Below, one piece after another: positions 7,639-18,387 of a DNA stretch of 41,010 bases. A program made the position numbers and the translations under genes. Position 1 is the stretch's first letter, and the number at the start of each line of letters is the position of its first letter. This stretch comes from Clostridia bacterium (GTDB taxonomy: Bacteria > Bacillota > Clostridia > Christensenellales > CAG-917): the NCBI GenBank assembly GCA_045643985.1, contig JAZRGC010000087.1:1-41010 (forward strand). The letters run 5' to 3'. The notes below the pieces were generated by a model. It was not told the origin of the DNA, did not search any database, and saw only the letters and a list, made by a program, of their open reading frames with translations.

Positions 7639-7996
7639 AAAAACGGTCAAAATGCCCTAAAAATGCAGAAAAATAGGGGATTTTTAGTGATTTTTCGGTG
7701 AAAAATAGGTGGCAAAAATAATTTTTCAGTCTTTTCACATCTAAATTTAGACGCTGAAAAAATTGGTTTTTCATCATTGAAATTTTGAGCCTGTTTGTTT
7801 CGCAAATTTATAATAAAATGTATTTGTTTCACGGCTTTTTGTGATTTTTTGGAATATGGAATGTTTTCAGTGTGCTTTCTCCATGTAAAAAATGACGTGT
7901 TTTTGGTGGTTTTTTATAGATTTTTGGCCGAATACTGGATTTTTTATTGAAAAATATTGATTTTTTTATCAAATTCAAACAATTTTGCTCCTTTCC

Positions 7997-8140
7997 CCAT
8001 TGAAAATTTGCCGTTTTTTCTGTGTGAAACCTAATTTTTTCTGTAAAAATGGGCATAAATTTTATTTTTTGGCACAAAATTTATTTTTTACTTCTTCCAG
8101 CAAATCTCGCCAAACCCCTTCTTTTACCATTGAAAATTTG
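7997..8140. repeat. Two exact copies of CCATTGAAAATTTG 130 bp apart, each followed by a parS half-site
   Basis: CCATTGAAAATTTG occurs at 7997-8010 and 8127-8140, with a related CATTGAAATTTTG at 7775-7787. Each is followed within 11-16 nt by T-rich sequence and then GTGAAACC (8024-8031) or TGTTTCACG (8156-8164). Confidence 0.6.
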
Positions 8141-8155
8141 GTCGATTTTTGTCGA

Positions 8156-8171
8156 TGTTTCACGTGGTGAA
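8156..8171. promoter_or_regulatory. Degenerate parS-like site (one intact half-site)
   Basis: TGTTTCACGTGGTGAA. The left half and centre are intact and the right half has diverged. Confidence 0.3.
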
Positions 8172-8782
8172 AGTGCCAAAAATGGCAAAAAATTGGCTCG
8201 AAAAACTAGTTTAACTATCTATGATAGTTACTTTTTTCAATACATAGGAAAGAGAAAAGGCAAAGTTGAGTGAAATGAAACAAAAATAAGGTTGATTTTG
8301 ACTGTTCTGGATGGGTTTTGATTGTGAAACATTTGTAAAACTATGTCAAAATATGCTTTAAATGGTGGTAGTGTTGAAGAAAACTGAGAAAATTGACAAA
8401 AAATGAAGGGTTTTCCACTTTTTTATGGGTTTTATTGCTGAGTTGTAGGGTTTGTTGGATTGAAATTTTGGATTTGATTGTGTGTTTTTGTCGTGGTGGG
8501 TGGTATAAATGGCAAAAATTGTGTGCAGTGGGGTATGGTGGGATGTAAAAGAGTGAAAATTTGATAATTTTTTTTTTATCGTGACTTTGTGCGATTTTCT
8601 GCGATTTTAATGATTTTGAATGACTTATAGGGTTTGTTTGGTGCATATTGATGTATTTGATTGTTGCTGTTGGGATAGGACGTCTATGTATTGTTGTTTT
8701 AATCACTAAAAACCAAACTGTGTCTTGAAAATGGAGTGAATTTGTGGTAAAATGTTGTTCAGTAAGACATGGAGAAAAGGTT

Positions 8783-9316
8783 ATGTACGTGTGGATTGGC
8801 ATTGATGTCGATGATCAATATGGCAAAATCAAGGAAATAGCCAAAAAAATCGATGATGAACTATGCTTTAAGCATAGTTGTTTCACTTTGCCAATGCATA
8901 TATCCTTGAAAATATCCTTCAAAATTGACGAAAGTGACTACGAAAAGGTGTCAAAAACCATTTTGGACGTCTTTGAAAAGATAAAACCCTTTGAAATCGC
9001 CGTAAAAGGCATTCAAGACGAAGGGAACATCTGTTGGATAAGAATGCAGGATAACCCCTGTTTAAACGCTTTAAGCACGGAAATAAACCATATTCTTGGG
9101 GAAAAGCATGGTGTGCCCTTGCATGAATACGATTTGGACTTCAAATTTCACACGTCACTATTTTTGGATGATGACCATCAAAAAGTCCACCAAGCATATA
9201 TGAGGGTGAGGGATGTTGCCCTGCCTGAAAAACTCATAGCGCACCGTTTTGTCATAGGCACATCGAAGGACGGGCAACTGGGCACATACAAGGTTGTGTG
9301 CACTGTTGAAAGATGA
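8783..9316 (+). CDS. 2H phosphoesterase superfamily protein (LigT/YjcG-like)
   Basis: The start is moved to the ATG at 8783 (GGAG Shine-Dalgarno at 8771-8774). Two HxS/T motifs (PMHISL and KFHTSL) are spaced as in 2',5' RNA ligase/cyclic phosphodiesterase family proteins. Confidence 0.7.
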   Translation: MYVWIGIDVDDQYGKIKEIAKKIDDELCFKHSCFTLPMHISLKISFKIDESDYEKVSKTILDVFEKIKPFEIAVKGIQDEGNICWIRMQDNPCLNALSTEINHILGEKHGVPLHEYDLDFKFHTSLFLDDDHQKVHQAYMRVRDVALPEKLIAHRFVIGTSKDGQLGTYKVVCTVER

Positions 9317-9641
9317 AACAACACTCAGTGCAGTCAAAGTTGTTGACGATTGAGTGATGACAAAATCAGTGTTGATTAAATTGGAGATTGCCATCATCAA
9401 AATACGAAAATAGAAAAGTATAAAAAAATGTAATTTGACCAAATCAAAAGATTATCAGCACAAAATAAGCAAATAAACACTTGATATTGTCAAAATACTA
9501 ATTTTTGAGCATTACACATAAAACATCAATTTGCCATGGATGAAAATCCAAAACTGCCATCATTGAAAGTTGGGGTTGTGTGATAGAGTGTGTTGAGGTT
9601 GAATGTGTAAAATTGAGGCAAACAGAACTGTATATGAGAGA

Positions 9642-9670
9642 TTGACTATCTTCGTAAAATATGCCATAAT
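9642..9670 (+). promoter_or_regulatory. Putative sigma-A promoter for the 88-aa ORF
   Basis: TTGACT (9642-9647), 17 nt, CATAAT (9665-9670). Confidence 0.5.
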
Positions 9671-9727
9671 CATCAAGGGTGTGCGAAGAATTGCAAGACC
9701 TTATTTTAAGCACATGGGGGTTAAATC

Positions 9728-9994
9728 ATGAATAAAGCAGAAACAATTTTAAGTTGGTATTTTAGCAGGTTTCGTGAATTGCCGCCACCAACACCGACAA
9801 TAGGATATGATGACGAGATTTATCTTGATCTCATGATGAAGGCATTGCAGTTTGAAAAACCAATAACCGGGGAAGATTTAGAAAAAGCATTAGATGGGGC
9901 GGTTTATGATATTAAAATGCCTACGATGGACGAGATGGAGCAAACGACAAAACATCCTAAATTTACAGGGTTGAAAAACCCAAACGAAAACTAA
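9728..9994 (+). CDS. Hypothetical small protein (88 aa)
   Basis: GGGGG Shine-Dalgarno-like run upstream, its own promoter and a strong terminator downstream. I recognise no family. Confidence 0.55.
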   Translation: MNKAETILSWYFSRFRELPPPTPTIGYDDEIYLDLMMKALQFEKPITGEDLEKALDGAVYDIKMPTMDEMEQTTKHPKFTGLKNPNEN

Positions 9995-10016
9995 CAACTA
10001 AATAAACCCAACCGAA

Positions 10017-10043
10017 AGACCACCTGCAAGGGTGGTTTTTTTA
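10017..10043 (+). terminator. Rho-independent terminator
   Basis: ACCACC (10019-10024), TGCAAG, GGTGGT (10031-10036), followed by a T7 run. Confidence 0.7.
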
Positions 10044-10090
10044 TGCTCAAAATATACTCCTTCATTCTTTGAGTTTGGTGGAAGGATTTG

Positions 10091-10257
10091 GATGGATAAA
10101 GTAAAGTGAAACAAGGCGATATCCTATAAGGATATGCCGAGAAAAGATGAGTGATATATCGTGTTTTGTGGATAAAATGGTGTGAGAACTTGATTTACAG
10201 CCCCTATTTTGTGGAAAAAATGTAAAAATCGGGTGGAAAACCTATGGTTTATCCACA
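10091..10257. promoter_or_regulatory. DnaA-box cluster upstream of gyrB
   Basis: Perfect boxes are TGTGGATAA 10167-10175 and TTATCCACA 10249-10257. Imperfect boxes are TGTGGAAAA 10210-10218 (1 mismatch), GGTGGAAAA 10232-10240 and GATGGATAA 10091-10099 (2 mismatches each). A parS half-site GTGAAACA lies at 10106-10113. Confidence 0.65.
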
Positions 10258-10275
10258 AAAAAATCAAAAAAATGC

Positions 10276-10304
10276 TTGCATTTATATAAGTTTATAGTTA
10301 TAAT
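10276..10304 (+). promoter_or_regulatory. Putative gyrB promoter inside the AT-rich tract
   Basis: TTGCAT (10276-10281), 17 nt, TATAAT (10299-10304). The surrounding 10258-10346 is very AT-rich. Confidence 0.5.
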
Positions 10305-10352
10305 AAAATATATTTATTATAATGTAAATAAATTAACTAACTGCTTATATAA

Positions 10353-12275
<1,923 letters not shown>

Positions 12276-12286
12276 TGAGGTGAACT

Positions 12287-14872
12287 ATGGCAATCAAAAT
12301 TAATGATGTAAAGAATACTGAATATGTTGAACATTTGAATGATAGCAAGATAGTCAATCTTGAAGTTCAACAAGAACTGAAAAAGTCATTCATCAGTTAT
12401 GCAATGGCAGTCAACGTGTCACGTGCTATCCCCGATGTCCGTGATGGTTTGAAGCCTGTTCACCGTAGAATCCTTTATGCTATGAACGAACTTGGCCTTA
12501 CACCCGACAAGCCTTACAGAAAGAGTGCTATGGTCGTTGGTGAAGTGCTTGGTAAATACCATCCTCACGGCGACAGTTCAGTTTATGATGCAATGGTACG
12601 TCTTGCACAAGACTTCTCAATTAGATGTCCCCTTGTTGAAGGCCACGGAAACTTCGGCTCAGTTGACGGCGACCCTGCTGCTGCATATCGTTATACCGAA
12701 GCAAGACTCAGCAAAGTTGCTCTTGAAATGATAAGAGATATCGACAAAAAGACTGTCGATCTCTATCCCAACTTTGACGACACACGTGAACAACCTGTTG
12801 TCCTTCCTTCAAGATTCCCCAACCTTCTCGTCAATGGTTCAGACGGTATCGCAGTTGGTATGGCAACATCAATCCCTCCCCACAACCTTGGCGAGGTTAT
12901 TGATGCAACAGTTGCACTCATTCAAAACCCTGAACTTACTGTTGATGACCTTATGGAATATGTTCCTGCTCCTGACTATCCCACAGGTGCACTTATCCTT
13001 GGCAGAGCAGCAATCAAGCAAGCATATCGCACAGGTAAAGGCGCAGCAGTGCTCCGTGCAAAGACTGAAATTGAAGAACTCCCCAACGGAAAGAGCAGAA
13101 TCATCATTACAGAAATTCCTTATCAAGTAAACAAGGCAAGACTCATTGAAAATATTGCTGATCAAGTCAAAGATAAGAAGATTGAAGGCATTTCAGACAT
13201 CAGCGAAGAAACAGACCGTCATGGTATGCGCATTGTTGTTGAAACAAAGAAGGATTACAATGCACAAGTTGTCCTGAACACCTTGTTCAAACAAACACAA
13301 CTTCAAGTCAACAACTCAATGATTCTTCTTGCACTTGTTGATGGTGTTCCAAAGATTCTCAACCTCAAAGAAATCCTTGAAAACTACATTGCACACCAAG
13401 AAGACGTCATCACACGTCGCACCAAGTTTGACCTTGAAAAAGCACAAGAAAGAGCACATATCCTTGAAGGTCTTGCAGTGGCACTTGCCAACATCGATGA
13501 AGTTGTGGAACTCCTTAAAAAGAGCCCCGACAGACAAGGCGCAATTGCCAATTTAACAGTACGTTTTGCTCTTGATGAAATCCAGGCCGTGTCCATTCTT
13601 GAAATGCGCTTGCAACGTCTTACAGGGCTTGAAGTGGAGAAAATCAAGGAAGAACTTGAACAAAAGCACGCAGAAATCGCAGAATACAATCGCATTTTGG
13701 CATCACACGAAGCAATTGACCAAATTATCGTTGATGAAATGCTTGAAATCAAACAAAGATTTGCTTCACCCAGACTTTCAGAACTCAGTTATGACTACTC
13801 TGAACTTGACATCGGTGACCTTATCGAACAAGAAGACATCGTTGTCAGCATGACACATGGTGGATATATCAAACGTCAAGCAGTCAGCGAATATCACTCA
13901 CAACATCGTGGTGGTGTTGGCATCACAGGCCACAAGGCAAAAGAAGATGACTTTGTTGAAAAACTCTTCATTGCACATACACACCAAGACTTGATGTTCT
14001 TCACAAACCTTGGAAAGGCATTTGTCTTGAAGGGTTGGGAAATCCCCGAAGCATCAAAGACTGCACGTGGCAGAGCAATGGTCAACCTTCTCCAACTTGT
14101 TCCCGGCGAAAAGGTGCAAGCAATCCTTCGTTTGCCCGAGGAAAAGGAAGGCTACAACCTTATTCTTGCAACCAAACAAGGTCTTATCAAACGTACTGCA
14201 TTGACCGAATTTGAATCAGTCAAGCGCAACGGTAAGATTGCAATCAAGTTCAACGAAGATGACGAACTCATCGAAGCAGTGCTCACAACAGGCAATGATG
14301 AACTTATCATGGCATCATCAGAAGGCTACTGCATCCGTTTCAATGAAAACACAGTCCGTCTTGTTGGCAGAACAGCAATGGGCGTCAAATCAATGCGACT
14401 TGCCGAAGGTGCATACATGGTTGACCTTGCAGTTGTCCACGAAAATAGCGAAATCTTGACCGTCACATCTCACGGCTATGGCAAGAGAAGTTCTGTTGAA
14501 GAATATCCTCTCCAAGGCAGAGCAGGCAAGGGCGTCAAGGCAGGCGTGTTCAACGATAAGACAGGCGACCTTGTCAGCCTCAAAGTCCTTGATGACAACC
14601 TTGACGTCATGATGATCACAGACAACGGAATTGTCATCCGTGTCCATGCAGAAGAAATCAGCCGTATCGGCAGAAATACACAGGGTGTCCGCATTATGCG
14701 CCTTAAAAATGACAAGGCAAACGTTGTGTCAGTGGCACTTGCTCCCTACGAAGAAGAAGCCCCCGAAGTCGAGTATGACGAAGACGGCAATCCCATCGTA
14801 GAAGAAGTGGTTGACGTGGTTGAAGCACCTGCAACAGCAGAAGGCGAAACAAACACTGAAATTGCAGAATAA
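12287..14872 (+). CDS. gyrA: DNA gyrase subunit A
   Basis: 861 aa with the QRDR-type motif [20 protein letters not shown], the catalytic [11 protein letters not shown] region and a C-terminal beta-pinwheel with an acidic tail. Confidence 0.97.
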   Translation: MAIKINDVKNTEYVEHLNDSKIVNLEVQQELKKSFISYAMAVNVSRAIPDVRDGLKPVHRRILYAMNELGLTPDKPYRKSAMVVGEVLGKYHPHGDSSVYDAMVRLAQDFSIRCPLVEGHGNFGSVDGDPAAAYRYTEARLSKVALEMIRDIDKKTVDLYPNFDDTREQPVVLPSRFPNLLVNGSDGIAVGMATSIPPHNLGEVIDATVALIQNPELTVDDLMEYVPAPDYPTGALILGRAAIKQAYRTGKGAAVLRAKTEIEELPNGKSRIIITEIPYQVNKARLIENIADQVKDKKIEGISDISEETDRHGMRIVVETKKDYNAQVVLNTLFKQTQLQVNNSMILLALVDGVPKILNLKEILENYIAHQEDVITRRTKFDLEKAQERAHILEGLAVALANIDEVVELLKKSPDRQGAIANLTVRFALDEIQAVSILEMRLQRLTGLEVEKIKEELEQKHAEIAEYNRILASHEAIDQIIVDEMLEIKQRFASPRLSELSYDYSELDIGDLIEQEDIVVSMTHGGYIKRQAVSEYHSQHRGGVGITGHKAKEDDFVEKLFIAHTHQDLMFFTNLGKAFVLKGWEIPEASKTARGRAMVNLLQLVPGEKVQAILRLPEEKEGYNLILATKQGLIKRTALTEFESVKRNGKIAIKFNEDDELIEAVLTTGNDELIMASSEGYCIRFNENTVRLVGRTAMGVKSMRLAEGAYMVDLAVVHENSEILTVTSHGYGKRSSVEEYPLQGRAGKGVKAGVFNDKTGDLVSLKVLDDNLDVMMITDNGIVIRVHAEEISRIGRNTQGVRIMRLKNDKANVVSVALAPYEEEAPEVEYDEDGNPIVEEVVDVVEAPATAEGETNTEIAE

Positions 14873-14887
14873 ACACTTGAAATGAAC

Positions 14888-14918
14888 AAAAGTGGGTGAT
14901 AAATGCCCACTTTTGTTG
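14888..14918 (+). terminator. Rho-independent terminator after gyrA
   Basis: AAAAGTGGG (14888-14896) pairs with CCCACTTTT (14906-14914), followed by a T-rich tail. Confidence 0.7.
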
Positions 14919-14945
14919 CATTTGAGGATATTTTAGGAGAAAATT

Positions 14946-16628
14946 ATGAGCAAAGTTTGGTACAATGAAATGTGTGTTTATCAAGTGTGGCCACGTTCCT
15001 TCAAGGACGGCAACGGAGATGGTATTGGCGATCTCAAAGGCATACTTGAAAAACTTGACTATATCAAAAGTTTGGGTGTTGATGCCATTTGGTTTTCCCC
15101 ATTGTATGCATCACCACAAAAGGACTATGGTTATGATATAGCCGACTACTACAACATCAATCCAGAGTATGGCACCAACGAAGATTTCAAGGCAGTTCTT
15201 GATGGAGCACATCAACGTGGATTGAGAGTTATAATGGACCTTGTCATCAACCATACAAGTGACCAACACGAATGGTTCAAAAAATCCTGCGCAGGAGATC
15301 CACAATATAAGGATTATTATATTTGGCGTCCGGGCAAGGGTAAGGACGGAAAGAAATTCCCCAACAACTGGATGGCAACATTCCCCGGCGATGGTTGGAA
15401 GTGGAATGAAGAAAGGGGCGAATATTATCTGCATTTGTTTGCAGTTGAGCAACCCGATCTCAATCACGACAACCCTGCAGTGAGAGAAGAAGTCAAAAAG
15501 ATAATGAGATATTGGCTTGATATGGGTGTTGATGGTTTTAGAGAAGACGTCATCACTTATATATCCAAAAAGGAAGGACTTCCCAACGGATTCCCATTGC
15601 CTGCTGCACGTGGTATGGAACATTATTCTCCCGGCCCTAACCTTAAAAAGTACTTGCAAGAGTACAGAAAAGTGGTCAAGGAGTATGATGACAGGCTTCA
15701 ACTTGGCGAAGCACCTATGATGACTCCAAAAAATGCACTGAAATACATTGATGGGGAAGACAGAGTCCTTGATATGATGTTCGGTTTCCAACATATGGAA
15801 GCAGATTGCTTTATGATAAGTTGGCTCAGGCTTCCATTTAGTCTTAGAAAACTGAAAAAAATCTACAATAATTGGCAGACAAAGTTGTATGGCAGGGGTA
15901 TCAATGCCAACTACATTGAAAATCACGACCAACCTCGCAACATTTCAAGATATGGCAGTGAAAAGTATCGCTATGAGAGTGGCAAGGCACTTTGCACAAT
16001 GTACACTTTCCTCAGTGGCGCACAATTTGTCTATCAAGGTCAAGAAATCGGCATGACCAACCTTGACTATGAAAAATGGGAAGATTTTGCAGATGTCAGC
16101 ACCTTTTCAACCAAGAGCCTTCTTGAAAAATTGAAGATTTTCAGTGATAAGAAGATTATGAAGATGGCAAAGTATGCTGCTCGTGACAATGCTCGCACTC
16201 CTGTTCAATGGGACGGCACACAAAATGCAGGCTTCACCACAGGCACACCTTGGTTTACGGTCAACCCCAACTATGTGGATGTCAATGTGGAAGCACAGGA
16301 AAACGACCCCAATTCACAACTGAATTACTATCGCAAGGCAATTGCCCTGAGAAAGGAATATAAAGATGCAGCCATCTATGGTCAATTCAACCTTCATCTC
16401 AAAGGTCACAAGCAACTTTTCGTCTATGACAAAATTGGCGAAGACGGCACAAAACTCACCGTCATCATCAATCTGTCAGCAAAGACCTTATCATCAAAGA
16501 AAGCACTCAAATACATTTGCCCCAAATCCACTGAAATCCTTTCAAACTATGAAGGGGAAATTGGCGATAAACTCCGCCCTTACGAAGCGAGGGTGTTTGC
16601 TTGCAACTATAAAAACTGTGCTATTTAG
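14946..16628 (+). CDS. GH13 alpha-glucosidase / oligo-1,6-glucosidase-like
   Basis: 560 aa with an N-terminus typical of GH13_31 enzymes (VYQVWPRSFKDGNGDGIGDLKGI..LDYIKSLGVDAIWFSP) and conserved regions DLVINHTS, GFREDV and ENHDQPR. Confidence 0.9.
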   Translation: MSKVWYNEMCVYQVWPRSFKDGNGDGIGDLKGILEKLDYIKSLGVDAIWFSPLYASPQKDYGYDIADYYNINPEYGTNEDFKAVLDGAHQRGLRVIMDLVINHTSDQHEWFKKSCAGDPQYKDYYIWRPGKGKDGKKFPNNWMATFPGDGWKWNEERGEYYLHLFAVEQPDLNHDNPAVREEVKKIMRYWLDMGVDGFREDVITYISKKEGLPNGFPLPAARGMEHYSPGPNLKKYLQEYRKVVKEYDDRLQLGEAPMMTPKNALKYIDGEDRVLDMMFGFQHMEADCFMISWLRLPFSLRKLKKIYNNWQTKLYGRGINANYIENHDQPRNISRYGSEKYRYESGKALCTMYTFLSGAQFVYQGQEIGMTNLDYEKWEDFADVSTFSTKSLLEKLKIFSDKKIMKMAKYAARDNARTPVQWDGTQNAGFTTGTPWFTVNPNYVDVNVEAQENDPNSQLNYYRKAIALRKEYKDAAIYGQFNLHLKGHKQLFVYDKIGEDGTKLTVIINLSAKTLSSKKALKYICPKSTEILSNYEGEIGDKLRPYEARVFACNYKNCAI

Positions 16629-17034
16629 CGAATAACATCGTCAGGCGCTCTCATCTCATCCCTTATGTACGCCAGTACACTGCGGACTGACCTGACAGCA
16701 CCTTTCTTGTTCTTCATCTAAATATCCCAGTTTTTAAGAGTTCTAAAAAATGTTTAGAGCAAGAATAAGTTCAGTGTTTGCTATTTAGCGAACAACTTCA
16801 TTAGTCGTGCTGAAAAATGCAAAATCACAAAAACCATACTTAATAGTGTTTATTTGGTGCGATAAACTGCCGAAATGGTCATTTTAGAAAAATTATTGTA
16901 TTCTTATAATTGGGCGCAATATACAATATTGTAGGCAGGAAAATGTAAGTTGTGACTATATGAATATAGTATATGTGCACAACAAATAATGAGATATAAA
17001 CATATAAAAAAACAAATATAAAGGAGCAAAAATA

Positions 17035-17478
17035 ATGAAAACAAAAACTTATAGAACAACAATGGCAAAGATTGCAGGGGTTGTGGCAATTCTTTTTGCA
17101 ATTCTTATGATTGTAGGCATCATCGTTGAATGTGCAACAGAAATGTTTACAATTCCTATGATTGCATTTGGTGGTATGTTGATGCTTATTGCAGTGGTGC
17201 TCTTTTTCGTTGAAAACGGAAAGTCGGTCACTTTGAGAGCAAATGAAATCGTCCTTCCTAGAGAGTCAAGAAGAAATGGCAGAGAAAAGGACAGCAGAAT
17301 GTCGGTGCTTTTCAGTGATATAGTTTCAATAAGAATTGACGATGCAATCTTTTCAGGAACAGTTTATGAAATGACTTTGAGAAACGGAGATGAAATCAGA
17401 TTCAAATTCAAAGGCATCGGCGCAGAAAAGGAAAGAGAAATTATGGAAGAACTGAATCTACGCCTTAGACGAAGATAA
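17035..17478 (+). CDS. Hypothetical membrane protein (two N-terminal TM helices plus a small soluble C-terminal domain)
   Basis: AAGGAG Shine-Dalgarno. There are two hydrophobic segments in the first ~60 aa. I recognise no family motif. Confidence 0.6.
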   Translation: MKTKTYRTTMAKIAGVVAILFAILMIVGIIVECATEMFTIPMIAFGGMLMLIAVVLFFVENGKSVTLRANEIVLPRESRRNGREKDSRMSVLFSDIVSIRIDDAIFSGTVYEMTLRNGDEIRFKFKGIGAEKEREIMEELNLRLRRR

Positions 17479-17496
17479 AATCTTGCAACATTAAAG

Positions 17497-17527
17497 AAAC
17501 CGACACCACGTTGTGTCGGTTTTTTTA
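17497..17527. terminator. Terminator between convergent genes (hypothetical gene and uppP)
   Basis: AACCGACAC (17499-17507) pairs with GTGTCGGTT (17513-21), followed by T6. Confidence 0.7.
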
Positions 17528-17529
17528 TG

Positions 17530-18294
17530 CTATTTTGCCATGAGAAAGAATGATGCAACAGACAAAATAAAGGTGTAGATTGCAAAGGGCAAAAGGGATT
17601 TATCCTTGATGATTTTCAGGAAGAATTTGATTGCAAAACACCCTGAAATAAAGGCAGTCAACGTGCCCAAAATCAAGGGCAAAATATCCCTTGTGGGCAG
17701 TGCAAAATCCCCTTTGAAAAGGTCAATACTTTCAAGGATGAGCGAGCCCAAAATGATGGGGATAGACATCAAAAAAGAGAAGTCAGCAGACTGCTTTTTG
17801 TCAACACCAGAAAGGCGCAAAGCAGTGATTGTTGCACCACTTCTTGATATGCCGGGCAAAACTGCAATTCCTTGAAATACACCACTTAATATGCTAGATT
17901 TGACGGATAAACCTTTGTTTTGTGCAAAATCAAGTTTTTCACAAGCAATCAAACACACAGTTGTTGCCATAAAGCCAAGGGGTAGATATGCACCTGACAA
18001 AAGTGTTGGCGCAAGGGTTTTGAATAGAAGGGCAATAGCAACAGTTGGGAGGCATGATAGAACAAGAAAACGCAGTGTTTTGTCTTGTCGATTTTTCACG
18101 ATTTGCACTAGGGTTTTTCTTGTGACAATAATGACAGAAAATAGAGTGCCCACGTGCATACAAATATTGAAGAAAATGCTTTCTTCTCCAACCCCCAATT
18201 TTTCAAAAAACAATAGGTGTCCACTTGATGAAACGGGCAAAAACTCAGTGATGCCCTGAATGAGTCCTAGGACTATTCCTTGCCAAATTTTCAT
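17530..18294 (-). CDS. uppP: Undecaprenyl-diphosphate phosphatase (BacA/UppP)
   Basis: 254 aa, polytopic, with the N-terminal motif GLIQGITEFLPVSSSGHL and PGISRSGATI. Confidence 0.9.
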   Translation of the reverse strand: MKIWQGIVLGLIQGITEFLPVSSSGHLLFFEKLGVGEESIFFNICMHVGTLFSVIIVTRKTLVQIVKNRQDKTLRFLVLSCLPTVAIALLFKTLAPTLLSGAYLPLGFMATTVCLIACEKLDFAQNKGLSVKSSILSGVFQGIAVLPGISRSGATITALRLSGVDKKQSADFSFLMSIPIILGSLILESIDLFKGDFALPTRDILPLILGTLTAFISGCFAIKFFLKIIKDKSLLPFAIYTFILSVASFFLMAK

Positions 18295-18387
18295 TTTCTC
18301 TTTGACTAACTCCCTTTTTTAGTTTATACTAAACTATTGTATTTTACTATTCGCGTAATAGAACGTATTTTACGCACAAGGAGAAAA

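Larger units (their letters stand above)
7211..7975. repeat. Helically phased A-tract to T-tract array flanking the parS pair
   Basis: 7211-7260 reads gAAAAAcagt cTAAAAcgca gTAAAAcggc tCAAAAtcgc tCAAAAcacc, with tracts exactly 10 bp apart. Similar arrays lie at 7286-7350, 7441-7500 and 7638-7680. A5 and T5 tracts alternate across 7681-7740. T5-7 tracts start at about 7900, 7910, 7921, 7940 and 7961 in the same 10-bp register. Confidence 0.6.

Noticed and set aside
7200-8200. A possible CRISPR-like or tandem-repeat array, suggested by recurring words
   Set aside because: There are no regularly spaced identical repeats of 24-40 nt with unique spacers. The recurrence is of short A/T-tract words and a few 12-14-mers only.
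8341-8802. 153-aa minus-strand ORF inside the gene-free island
   Set aside because: The product is low-complexity and rich in His, Thr, Lys and Pro, derived from T-tract DNA. It has no RBS and overlaps the promoter/Shine-Dalgarno region of the 2H phosphoesterase gene. It is judged a composition artefact.
15111-15932. 273-aa antisense ORF inside the GH13 gene. Similar cases are 20267-20920 (alternate frame of argS), 36116-36658 (antisense in aspS) and 24909-25385 (antisense in mnmE).
   Set aside because: Each is fully embedded in a confidently identified gene, and none has an RBS or a recognisable domain. These are shadow ORFs.
16641-16696. Nested hairpin downstream of the GH13 gene as a candidate small RNA
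   Set aside because: It is followed directly by a T-rich run and sits at the expected position for the gene's intrinsic terminator. There is no independent promoter.
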